From a virus: a stretch of DNA of 30,061 nucleotides. Every line of letters starts with the position of its first letter. Positions within the stretch are counted from its first letter, which is position 1. Positions 1 through 9,161 of the stretch are shown piece after piece. Made by a program: the position numbers and the translations under genes. The stretch lies in the IMG/VR virus record IMGVR_UViG_2675903378_000003, positions 1-30,061 of that record; one strand, given 5' to 3'. The notes under the pieces were generated by a model that did no database searches, was not told where the DNA came from, and saw nothing but the letters and a program-made list of their open reading frames with translations.

Positions 1-1590
<1,590 letters not shown>

Positions 1591-1620
1591 GGCATTGTCC
1601 TGCGGGGCTTTGCGGGATGG

Positions 1621-2838
1621 TTACGCGCCTTCCTCTGCTTCCTGTACCAATTCCGTACCAGTTTTAACCCTGGTCGGTAGCTTCTCCAGCTCGCTCCAAT
1701 CCGAGGCGGAGTTCAGCCACTTGGCATAGGTCGATAGCAGCATCTGCACGCTGTGGCCTAGCTGCCCAGCGATAAACGCAGGGTTCATGCCGGCCATCAG
1801 GCACATGGTCGCGTATGTGTGGCGGGTGTCGTACTGCCGGCGCCTTCGGATGGATAGAGCATCCAGCGCGGCGTGGAAGTGCTTTATGGTAACACTTGGC
1901 TCCTTGATCCACAGCCCGCCCTTGCTCGGAGGGAACACGAAGGGGCTTACTGCGAATTCGGAGACGGAGGCGACGCGCTTCAGCCGAGCAATCCGCTTGG
2001 CCTCTGCCAGGGCATTCAGGGCGCGTTCGTTGAGCAGGACGTCGCGTTCGTGCTTGGTCTTTACTCGCTCTTCGATTCCGCGATCTATGACGATCCGGCA
2101 CACGTGGATGCGCCTGGCCTCTTCGTCTACCTCGTCCCATCTGAGGGCGAAAGCTTCCCCAGGCCGCAACCCTGTGAAGAACAGAAACTCGTACAGCGCG
2201 GCGTAGATCCTTGAGTACTTCCCAAGGGTCGCGTACAGGTGTTGGATGATGCGTTCTGCTTCGTCCCTGGTGAAAGGATCCACCAGCTTCTTCGAAACCC
2301 TCGGCTTCTCAAGAGGCGCCATCGGGTTCTTCTTGATCAGCCCGTCCTTCACAGCGGAATCTAGGATCGTCGATAGCTTGAACATCGCGTTCCGCTTCAC
2401 GCCTGGCGACGTCCACTCGATGCTGCTGATGATTCGGCGCAAGAGGGTAGGGGTGATCTGGTCAAGCCGGGCTACTGCAAGATGTGGCATCCAGTATTGG
2501 TTAAGGATGCTCTTGTAGTTCTTTCGGGTGCCAAGCACGATCTCTCGGCTGTCTAGCCAGAGTTGCGCATGCTCACCGAACAGAGGGATTTGGCTGCTGA
2601 CCGATTCCGCAATCGCAGACCCTGGGAAGAACTCTGCATACTTGGCTTCGTCCATGATGCCAAGCTTGATGGTCTGGACTACCTGATCTCTAAGACCGGA
2701 TGCAGTCTTAATCCCTTTTTGCGTCGCGGGATAGGGGAGTGTTTCGCACTTCCTTGTTCCGTTCCACATGAAGCGGATACGGATAGAGTTGCCGATGACT
2801 TCCACCCCGGTGGGCATACCCAAAGGCTTTCGAGCCAT
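1621..2838 (-). CDS. int: Tyrosine recombinase, lambda-type phage integrase
   Basis: 405-aa ORF. N-terminal arm-binding-like region (VEVIGNSIRIRFMWNG). Catalytic motifs GLRPGEAFALRW (Arg), HDTRHTYAT (H-x-x-R), LGHS...STYAKW (His, Tyr). Lies at the prophage edge, 30 nt from the host gene. Confidence 0.92.
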   Translation of the reverse strand: MARKPLGMPTGVEVIGNSIRIRFMWNGTRKCETLPYPATQKGIKTASGLRDQVVQTIKLGIMDEAKYAEFFPGSAIAESVSSQIPLFGEHAQLWLDSREIVLGTRKNYKSILNQYWMPHLAVARLDQITPTLLRRIISSIEWTSPGVKRNAMFKLSTILDSAVKDGLIKKNPMAPLEKPRVSKKLVDPFTRDEAERIIQHLYATLGKYSRIYAALYEFLFFTGLRPGEAFALRWDEVDEEARRIHVCRIVIDRGIEERVKTKHERDVLLNERALNALAEAKRIARLKRVASVSEFAVSPFVFPPSKGGLWIKEPSVTIKHFHAALDALSIRRRRQYDTRHTYATMCLMAGMNPAFIAGQLGHSVQMLLSTYAKWLNSASDWSELEKLPTRVKTGTELVQEAEEGA

Positions 2839-3014
2839 TCGTCGTATCTCCGTCGACTGTAGATTATCTTCCCGTTTACCTTGTTCCAGACACCTTCCGG
2901 GATCTGCCGTTTTGATCTGCGGGTTTGCAGGGCGCGGTAGGTTATCCCAAGCAATGCCGCCATAACCTGCTCAGGCACCTTGTCTTCGTACTCGACCTTC
3001 TCTGCGGTACTCAT
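2679..3014 (-). CDS. xis: Excisionase-like small DNA-binding protein (C-terminal tail overlaps int out of frame)
   Basis: ATG at 3014 preceded by GGAGAGG. HTH-like segment MAALLGITYRALQTRRSKRQIPEGVWNKVNGKIIYSRRRYDEWL, typical of excisionase-family proteins. Sits immediately upstream of int. The ORF has no stop until 2679, 160 nt inside int. Confidence 0.55.
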   Translation of the reverse strand: MSTAEKVEYEDKVPEQVMAALLGITYRALQTRRSKRQIPEGVWNKVNGKIIYSRRRYDEWLESLWVCPPGWKSSATLSVSASCGTEQGSAKHSPIPRRKKGLRLHPVLEIR

Positions 3015-3072
3015 AGGCAATACCTCTCCACCCCAGCTATTGCCGGGGAGGGCATGATGGTAGGATTGGTTG

Positions 3073-3116
3073 CCCAGCCGGGTTAGCTCAGGGAGAGCTA
3101 GTGGCGCCCGGCTGGG
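3073..3116. promoter_or_regulatory. Long imperfect hairpin between the DUF2591-like gene and xis
   Basis: CCCAGCCGGG (3073-3082) pairs with CCCGGCTGGG (3107-3116). Inner stem is TAGCTC-AGGGA-GAGCTA. It abuts the stop codon at 3117. No U-tract follows on either strand. Confidence 0.4.
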
Positions 3117-3551
3117 TTACTTGATGAGTTCGGCTGGGACGTTGATGGTTTCGCCCAGCTTCGCTCGAACGATGGCGCGGCAGGCTGCTATTAGGTGGGT
3201 TGGACCTGCCGATGTTGCATCAGCTGGCATATCGCAGCCGCAGGCTGTGAAGAATCGCAGCGGTTCGCCATGCCAGTCGCTACCGATCCACTCGAATTCA
3301 AAGCGGTGCTTTTCAATCAGTGGTCCGCCTTGAGCCCATGAGTCCGAAGGTTCGTATCGCTCGACTTCTTCAGTAATCGAGCGAGGTCCAAAGGTGCAGC
3401 CATATTTGCAGCAGTGGATGCCGCCTCTCACGTCATAACGGTACTGTCCAATGTCATGGACAATGACCTCTTCTCCTTCAGCCATTGCAACGGCCCAATC
3501 CAGCGCTGCCCCCTCAAGCTCGCAGGTCTTCACTTCTACGGTTTCGCTCAT
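3117..3551 (-). CDS. Phage protein, DUF2591/NinX-like
   Basis: ATG at 3551 preceded by GGGAGGTGGGGA. ATGA overlap with the upstream gene. The motif LEGAALDWAVAMAEG is as I recall for DUF2591 phage proteins. Confidence 0.7.
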   Translation of the reverse strand: MSETVEVKTCELEGAALDWAVAMAEGEEVIVHDIGQYRYDVRGGIHCCKYGCTFGPRSITEEVERYEPSDSWAQGGPLIEKHRFEFEWIGSDWHGEPLRFFTACGCDMPADATSAGPTHLIAACRAIVRAKLGETINVPAELIK

Positions 3552-3907
3552 TCCCCACCTCCCATAGACTTGCCGATCTCTGCGGCGGCGCGGACTATTG
3601 CTCGCCGAGTTGCCGCATACGGGTTTTCTGTGAACACTTCCTGGCAAGGGTTCATCCCGTCACCATTTGATGGATCGGCGGCCACCTCCTGAAATCCGTT
3701 GTAGAACGTAATGTCCAGGCGAAGCTGCACCGCCAGAATAAACGCGTGGTGGCTTTCGATAAGTGGGTTCCAGGCCGTACACCCATCGACAATCCAAAGG
3801 CTGGCTTTTGCTGGATCGACTATGGAATCACGTTCGGCTTGACGCTGCTCATTGATCTGCATCCCCGCCGCCCGCGCCGCCAGTTCGAGTAGTGTGCGGT
3901 CGTTCAT
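3548..3907 (-). CDS. Hypothetical phage protein
   Basis: 119-aa ORF. ATGA start/stop overlaps on both sides. Non-biased composition. Confidence 0.7.
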   Translation of the reverse strand: MNDRTLLELAARAAGMQINEQRQAERDSIVDPAKASLWIVDGCTAWNPLIESHHAFILAVQLRLDITFYNGFQEVAADPSNGDGMNPCQEVFTENPYAATRRAIVRAAAEIGKSMGGGE

Positions 3908-4245
3908 TTCCCGGCCCCCTCCAAGGCTGTTCTGGCCTTTTCCAGCACTGCCTCCATAGATACGTCAGGCATGCCACGCCCTGCCTCAATGTATGCTTCA
4001 GCGCGCAGCACGAAGGCCTCAAGCACCGAACGGAGCATCTGATTTTCTTCCTGGCTTTTAACTGTCTCAATCGCCAGGTTGCGGAAGTCTCCGTATCTAA
4101 CCCACAAGCCGTTTGCGCCCATATAACTATACTCCTCCATTTCGGCATAGCGAACGTCTCGCCCCCATCCATCTTCCCCAACTGTTAATACTGGAGCGAA
4201 GGTCTTTGTGGAGTGCAAGATGTTCAGAAGCTTTGCGTCGTTCAT
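3904..4245 (-). CDS. Hypothetical phage protein
   Basis: Start refined to ATG 4245 (MNDAKLLN...) with AGGAG upstream and an ATGA overlap. The longer ORF-track N-terminus is Arg/Pro-rich shadow sequence. Confidence 0.65.
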   Translation of the reverse strand: MNDAKLLNILHSTKTFAPVLTVGEDGWGRDVRYAEMEEYSYMGANGLWVRYGDFRNLAIETVKSQEENQMLRSVLEAFVLRAEAYIEAGRGMPDVSMEAVLEKARTALEGAGK

Positions 4246-4847
4246 TGCGTTGCTCCTTCTAGGGCTGCGTCGATTGCAGCGTCTAGGTGCTCCAGGTTGA
4301 GTACGATGTTCTCCGGGGTCATCCCGGCGAATACGCCGCCTTGTCTGATCGTTTCGAGGTCTCGCTCTCGCAGCCACCGGTAGCGCGCGGCGTCCTTCGC
4401 CATGCGCCGAATCTGCTCTGGAATGCTGACATTGCCGCCGTCTGGAGGGTCCATGTAGTAAGTACCGGGCAGAACGCTTGCGCACTCCTTCAAGTCCTGC
4501 GCCAACCACTCGCAGTGTTTCTGCGTGTCCTTGTGGGCGCAGTTCTCCGCCTTGAGCCTGTCCCGCTCTTTCCTAGCATCATCGCGTGCTTGGCAGAGCG
4601 CCCTAAGTTCGGAGCTATCGCGGCCATGCTGAGCAAGCAAGCCGTCGATCTCGTCCAGCAGGGCGAGGATTGCTTTCGGCTCGACAGCTTCCCGAAACTT
4701 GGTTATGGCGAATACGTGTTCAAGGCTCGGCGTTCCATGCAAGGCATCAGCCCGCTTAGCCAGCCTCCGCAGCTCTGCGTGGTCGGTCATGATCTGGTCC
4801 GCCTGCTTCACGCTTTCCAGCAGTTCGTTGAAAAGTGGCTCATCCAT
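4242..4847 (-). CDS. Hypothetical phage protein, coiled-coil, Ea22-like; C-terminal RYRWLR...LDAAIDAA module
   Basis: 201-aa ORF coupled to its neighbours. The C-terminal module AARYRWLRERD...HLDAAIDAA recurs in the 12806-13126 product. Confidence 0.7.
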   Translation of the reverse strand: MDEPLFNELLESVKQADQIMTDHAELRRLAKRADALHGTPSLEHVFAITKFREAVEPKAILALLDEIDGLLAQHGRDSSELRALCQARDDARKERDRLKAENCAHKDTQKHCEWLAQDLKECASVLPGTYYMDPPDGGNVSIPEQIRRMAKDAARYRWLRERDLETIRQGGVFAGMTPENIVLNLEHLDAAIDAALEGATQ

Positions 4848-5166
4848 TTTCCTTCACCTCGATTCCGGCTTGCTTGATGAAGGCAGCGCATGCGGCGATG
4901 GCCCCGTTCACCATGTGCGCAATACCAGCGGCCATGTCGATGCCTTCCTCGTCGATGTTGAAATGCTCAACAACCTCTTCGGCGGTGATCGTCGGCGGCA
5001 ACTCCACCCTCAGAGCCGCGCGGCTGGCTTTCCAGGCTTGATAAGCAAAGTCCACATCAACGTCGTCATAGTCAAAGTTAGGGTCATTGGATTTCCTAAG
5101 ATCGGCGTAACCGCCCATAGCGTTGGTAACCCACGCTTCAAACTCTTCTCTCATTGCTTGCTCCAT
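4840..5166 (-). CDS. Hypothetical acidic phage protein
   Basis: 108-aa ORF with an 8-nt overlap onto the downstream gene. Confidence 0.7.
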   Translation of the reverse strand: MEQAMREEFEAWVTNAMGGYADLRKSNDPNFDYDDVDVDFAYQAWKASRAALRVELPPTITAEEVVEHFNIDEEGIDMAAGIAHMVNGAIAACAAFIKQAGIEVKENG

Positions 5167-5300
5167 CTGCTCAACTCCTGTCCTTTCAACTCTGTCTGCT
5201 CGTAGAGGTTCTGGAAGTCCCCGACTATCCGGAAGATGCCGAAGACGATCAGCGCGATGACCAGAGCCCGGGTGATTAGGGTTTCGTTTTCGTTGTCCAC
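5151..5300 (-). CDS. Small single-pass membrane peptide (49 aa), hand-called
   Basis: GTG at 5300, 6 nt after GGAGGA. Translation is VDNENETLITRALVIALIVFGIFRIVGDFQNLYEQTELKGQELSRWSKQ. Below the ORF-track length cutoff. Confidence 0.35.
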   Translation of the reverse strand: MDNENETLITRALVIALIVFGIFRIVGDFQNLYEQTELKGQELSRWSKQ

Positions 5301-5425
5301 GGTTGGTCCTCCGGGGGTCGGATTCGTTGGTTTGGGGTGGCGGGCTCCTGGCCCAAAATCGGCCAGTTTTTGTGCTGAAACCCAGCGGGAATGCGGGTTT
5401 CAGCCTGGCCGAGGGTGGCGGTTGC

Positions 5426-5460
5426 GATGCCGGGATTCCGGCATCGGAGGAGAATCAAAG
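5426..5460 (-). promoter_or_regulatory. Hairpin GAUGCCGG-AAUC-CCGGCAUC with 5' pyrimidine box; possible diverged relative of the 17.2/17.9 kb element
   Basis: Minus sense reads UUUGAUUCUCCUCC-GAUGCCGGAAUCCCGGCAUC-GCAACC. It shares the GAUUyCUC box and the GAUGC...GCAUC stem base with the repeated element. The stem is shorter and the loop is not GNRA. Confidence 0.25.
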
Positions 5461-5462
5461 GG

Positions 5463-5864
5463 TTAGGATTGGAGGAGGGTATCGAACTTCGCGAACAGCT
5501 CTGGCTCGCCATACTTCTTGGACAGGTATTCTCCCTTGTGCGCCGCACCGTCCTTCGCAGCCTCAAGAAGTTCCTCCAGCAACTCCCGCGGAACCACCAC
5601 ATGGCCTTCTTCTGAGCCGTTTCGGCGCTCTACATACTCCGTCAGAGCCTCGGCTAGCATGGCGCCAAACTCATCCTGAAGCTCTTCAGGATTCTCCATG
5701 TAGACGATACGGCCCCAACCCCGAACACGGAGAACCTGGTCCCCATCGACGTGATTGTCAGCCACCATGTTTTGCTTTGCGTCCCAGATGTAACCGCCGA
5801 AACTGTCGTAGGAGAACGGTGGTGTATAGAGCGCCAAGGCGCGCTTGCGAAGTTCTTCAGCCAT
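5463..5864 (-). CDS. Hypothetical phage protein
   Basis: Start refined to ATG 5864 (MAEELRKRAL...) with AAGGAG upstream. 8-nt overlap with the upstream gene. Confidence 0.7.
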   Translation of the reverse strand: MAEELRKRALALYTPPFSYDSFGGYIWDAKQNMVADNHVDGDQVLRVRGWGRIVYMENPEELQDEFGAMLAEALTEYVERRNGSEEGHVVVPRELLEELLEAAKDGAAHKGEYLSKKYGEPELFAKFDTLLQS

Positions 5865-6600
5865 TGCCGTTCTCCTTGTCCTGGTTGAGCAGGGCGCGGA
5901 GTTCGCGGTTGGTCTTTGCCACCTGGTCGCGGCCGCAGTAGTGGAATCCGCCGTCGCACTCGCATTCGTGGAGTTCAAGCCAGTTTCCCAAGTGACGCAC
6001 GACTTCGCGCAACAGCCCCTCGCTGACCGTCTTGCCGTTGAGGCGCTTGACCTCTTCGACAACCCTCATGCCGAGGTTGGCCGCCCAGTTCGTAGTTCCG
6101 GTGACGTTGGTCTTCTCGTTCCACTGGTAACGCATGACGATATTCATGACGTTATCAACGCTGGGGAGCACAACCACCCTTGCGCGCAGTTCCGATAGTT
6201 CGCCGAGGCAGGCTTTCAAGTGCGCTTGCAACTGATAATTCGCTGCCTGCTCGTCGCAGAAGTTTTGTCGAGCAAGGTCTCGTTCGAGTTTGAGATCATC
6301 TCTCGCCATTCGCAGTGCTGCGACTTCGGTGCGTAGCGACACAATCAAGTCAGCCTGATCGTTGCGGTGCTGCTCAGCGCGTGCGACTTCCTCCCTGAGC
6401 GCCTGGGCCTCGGCGGCGAGGGCGTCGTAGAGTCCCTTGCCAACAAATTCTCCATCCCTGAACGCAGTTGTCAGTTCCGCCGCAACTCGGTCACAGGTCT
6501 TTTTGTGCCCCACATACAGATCGCGCGTGCCATTTCCGGCCCTGACGCAATAGGGCCAGAACCCTTTTCCTGTCTGCTCTACTCGGTATCTTTCACTCAT
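5857..6600 (-). CDS. Hypothetical phage protein with central coiled coil
   Basis: 247-aa ORF. ATGA overlap at 6597-6600. Confidence 0.7.
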   Translation of the reverse strand: MSERYRVEQTGKGFWPYCVRAGNGTRDLYVGHKKTCDRVAAELTTAFRDGEFVGKGLYDALAAEAQALREEVARAEQHRNDQADLIVSLRTEVAALRMARDDLKLERDLARQNFCDEQAANYQLQAHLKACLGELSELRARVVVLPSVDNVMNIVMRYQWNEKTNVTGTTNWAANLGMRVVEEVKRLNGKTVSEGLLREVVRHLGNWLELHECECDGGFHYCGRDQVAKTNRELRALLNQDKENGNG

Positions 6601-6863
6601 GGCCGAATCTCCAATGAGCCCTTAAGCAGCCAGCGTGCGAGCCGTTCGCGCCAGTTCATGAATCGCGACTTGCCGCGAGCGTTTACCATCAGAAGACCGT
6701 CGGCTTTCTGATGGACCCGGACTGCATGGCTGTCGAGCATGTGAGAGGCTTCCAGCAAGACATGCTTGGCCTCTGCTTCGTGCCGGTTCCCGTTGTAGCT
6801 CAGGCACCGGGCGACTCCCTGGCACTTGCTTGCCAGCCTCGATTCGTAGTGTTCCTCACTCAT
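6597..6863 (-). CDS. Hypothetical phage protein
   Basis: 88-aa ORF coupled to both neighbours. Confidence 0.65.
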   Translation of the reverse strand: MSEEHYESRLASKCQGVARCLSYNGNRHEAEAKHVLLEASHMLDSHAVRVHQKADGLLMVNARGKSRFMNWRERLARWLLKGSLEIRP

Positions 6864-8115
6864 GACCTACCTCCTTGCCGGCCGCGGCCGCGCGGTCCAG
6901 GCGCTCTATCTCGGCCAGGATCAATGCGCCGGCCCGCATGTAGTTCGCACGCGCGTCGCGGGGCTTCCACCACTTCGCCGAGAACGGCCAGATAGCTGGA
7001 GCTTCGTCATTGGCTCCGCTGAGGATGTACGCCGCTGCGGCTCGCGGAAGCTCGGCGGCGCAATAGAGGTCGTCATGGTCCGGTGTCCAGCCCTCGGCGG
7101 TGATCTGCCGGCGTCGCTCGGCTTGAACGTCGAGCCATGCTTTCGGCATGCTGTGCTGAGCCTGGGTGAGCACGTCGGCGGATATGGCGCGCAAAAAGTT
7201 CTGAATTGCTCGCATATCTTCCTCGCTGGGTTCGTTACGCAGATACAGCACTACAGCTCTGGGATGTTCGGCATCGCGACCGATGCCAGATATTTCCGGC
7301 ACGCTGTGCTGAGCCTGGGCTACAGGGGCTGTGTAGAGCTTCGTGCCCGGCTGCATGTCTTGCAGGTCGCGATGGAAATCAAGGCTGTTCCAGTCTTCAC
7401 CCGGCACCTTCGCAACGGTCGCCACCGGCTCCTGCTTCTCCAGTTCCTGCAATCGCGCATCGGCGTCTCGCCAACGGTTTTCCCAGTAGCGTTCTGCTCC
7501 GCCTTGGCCGAGACGGACGCAGTGGGCTTCAAGCTCCGCGACCCTGGCCATGGCGGCGTCGCGCTGTTGCTCCACACGATTGAACATTTCTGCCCAACGG
7601 GCGACGCTGGCTGCATGCTGCGCGACAGTCATCAGTTCATCGTTTGCATTGAGCGGACCGCACTGGCCGAGGACGACAGGATTCGAATGCACGACGCGAG
7701 CCACCACCTCCGGCCGCTCCGCCTCTGCCTGCGCTGGGGAGGGTTGCGCCAGGGCGGCGCGGGCTTGCAACAACAGCGGATAGAGATGGCGCCATGCCTG
7801 GAAGGCGAACGTGCGTTCGTAGTCGCCTCCGCCGGCGCGGCAGTATTGACCTTCTTCTTCCCACCACTCGGCGAACACGCCAGCGAATACCTCATCAGGG
7901 ACGTGCGCGCCCTCTGCCTGCTCGGCCTGCACCGGGGAGGGTTCCAGGGCGGCGCGGGCTTTCCACCCCTCCCATGCATCATTGGTGAACTTGGCGTCCC
8001 AGTTCACAGCGATATGCGCCGGCATGCCGCAGTGCTTGCGCACGAAGAGTTCAAACGCCGCGCGCTCATCCCCGCCTGCCTGCTCTACCAGTGCCTTGTT
8101 CATCTCCATGCTCAT
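6856..8115 (-). CDS. Large modular hypothetical phage protein (419 aa) with internal duplications
   Basis: ATG 8115 with GGGAGAG upstream and an ATGA overlap. Duplicated linkers ARAALEPSPVQAEQAEG / ARAALAQPSPAQAEAE and QAQHSVPE / QAQHSMPK. The C-terminal block WLDVQAERRRQITAEGWTPDHDD...LILAEIERLDR looks like a conserved phage domain that I cannot name with certainty. Confidence 0.75.
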   Translation of the reverse strand: MSMEMNKALVEQAGGDERAAFELFVRKHCGMPAHIAVNWDAKFTNDAWEGWKARAALEPSPVQAEQAEGAHVPDEVFAGVFAEWWEEEGQYCRAGGGDYERTFAFQAWRHLYPLLLQARAALAQPSPAQAEAERPEVVARVVHSNPVVLGQCGPLNANDELMTVAQHAASVARWAEMFNRVEQQRDAAMARVAELEAHCVRLGQGGAERYWENRWRDADARLQELEKQEPVATVAKVPGEDWNSLDFHRDLQDMQPGTKLYTAPVAQAQHSVPEISGIGRDAEHPRAVVLYLRNEPSEEDMRAIQNFLRAISADVLTQAQHSMPKAWLDVQAERRRQITAEGWTPDHDDLYCAAELPRAAAAYILSGANDEAPAIWPFSAKWWKPRDARANYMRAGALILAEIERLDRAAAAGKEVGHE

Positions 8116-8336
8116 TTCAAGCTCTCCCACACCTCGGCATTGCCGAGCGCTTCGATTGATGTGTACGTGCTGTGCCCGCTAGCTTCTTGAAGCTCAACTG
8201 ATCCGCCGGCTTCGAGCACTGCGATGTATCTGCGATTAGTTGGCTTGTGCCGGAAGACCTTTCCGACGACGCACTGCGCGTTGATATGCCGGACTTGGTA
8301 GCTGTCGGCGAAACAGCCGTGTTCGTGCATGCTCAT
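8112..8336 (-). CDS. Hypothetical phage protein
   Basis: Start refined to ATG 8336 (MSMHEHGCF...). ATGA overlap with the upstream gene. Confidence 0.6.
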   Translation of the reverse strand: MSMHEHGCFADSYQVRHINAQCVVGKVFRHKPTNRRYIAVLEAGGSVELQEASGHSTYTSIEALGNAEVWESLK

Positions 8337-8518
8337 GCTGCTACCCTCGGGGCTATGCCCATGTCTCTGTCGTGATGTCCTGCGAGCCAAAGTGACCGCT
8401 CATAGAGCATGTGCAGTCCGTAGGGGCAGGCCTGGAGACGTTCGCCGCGGTCGCGTGCGTCGACGCCCTCGCGGTATTCGTCTGCCGATTCGGGGAACTC
8501 AAGCCGCTTGCTTTGCAT
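8333..8518 (-). CDS. Small protein with weak ribosome-modulation-factor (Rmf)-like motif
   Basis: ATG 8518 with GGAGG 10 nt upstream. YREGVDARDRGERLQACPYGLHMLYERSLWLAGH resembles the Rmf pattern GYxxG...CPY...RSxWLxGW, but the spacings differ. Confidence 0.5.
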   Translation of the reverse strand: MQSKRLEFPESADEYREGVDARDRGERLQACPYGLHMLYERSLWLAGHHDRDMGIAPRVAA

Positions 8519-9098
8519 TTGCTGCTCGCCTCCGCGCGTTTTCACAGGCCTTGCATTCGCTGCAATGGCCGTCCTTCTTGCTCGGGTTCGAGTAGTACTC
8601 AGATAGAGGTTTGAGCGTCTTGCACTTCGAGCATGGTTTCTCGCCGTTTATGAGCGTCGATTTCCCATGTCCGGATGCCCTCCACTTGTCGAACTCGGTG
8701 CGGGTGGAGAAATAGGTGCGAAGGAGACGCTGCACGGTGTGATCGCTTATCCCCATGGCAGGGCCGATCTCCCATCGACCGCAATCGAGGATCACTAGGT
8801 CTTCGAGCATCTGGCAGTATTCGATGTCCTTTGCCGTGCGCTTGGCCTGAACACGCTTCTGCTGCTCTCGCTCCATCCCGGTAGATGATCCGGTAATGCG
8901 GCTATTGAACGTGACCGGCTGATTTGAAGAGACGCCCGCAGGGATATTCGTGATGACTCCTCCCGCCGCCAGATACTCAGCAACGGCGTTTTGAATGTCA
9001 TCGTGAGTCAGCGCATGGGCAACCGGCTCTTGCACGCCGGACCACGCATCAGCGCCGATTCTCAGGTCGCTTAGAATCTCGGGAATGTCGGTTTCCAT
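8499..9098 (-). CDS. HTH plus C4 zinc-ribbon protein, putative early regulator
   Basis: 199 aa. HTH-like segment EIGPAMGISDHTVQRLLRTY. C-terminal CSKC...CSECKAC zinc-ribbon motif. Confidence 0.7.
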   Translation of the reverse strand: METDIPEILSDLRIGADAWSGVQEPVAHALTHDDIQNAVAEYLAAGGVITNIPAGVSSNQPVTFNSRITGSSTGMEREQQKRVQAKRTAKDIEYCQMLEDLVILDCGRWEIGPAMGISDHTVQRLLRTYFSTRTEFDKWRASGHGKSTLINGEKPCSKCKTLKPLSEYYSNPSKKDGHCSECKACENARRRAANAKQAA

Positions 9099-9111
9099 GG
9101 CTTTCTCCGGG

Positions 9112-9140
9112 CAAAATAAAAGGCCCTCAATAGGGCCTTT
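9112..9140 (-). terminator. Rho-independent terminator downstream of ssb
   Basis: Minus sense AAAGGCCCUAUUGAGGGCCUUUUAUUUU. 7-9 bp stem, 4-nt loop, U-tract. Located inside the leftward operon. Confidence 0.75.
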
Positions 9141-9161
9141 AATTTCTCGTAACTTGTTGAT

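Noticed and set aside
1591-1620. Attempt to define the att core sequence at the int-host junction
   Set aside because: The other prophage end is outside the window, and the window's right end is adapter. No duplicated core can be identified, so only the approximate junction is inferred, from codon usage.
3084-3100. tRNA D-arm-like TAGCTCAGGGAGAGCTA next to int/xis (possible tRNA remnant or attP)
   Set aside because: No cloverleaf can be built: the D loop is too short and there is no anticodon or T arm. It also lies on the xis-distal side, where the att core is not expected. I interpret it as part of the 3073-3116 hairpin.
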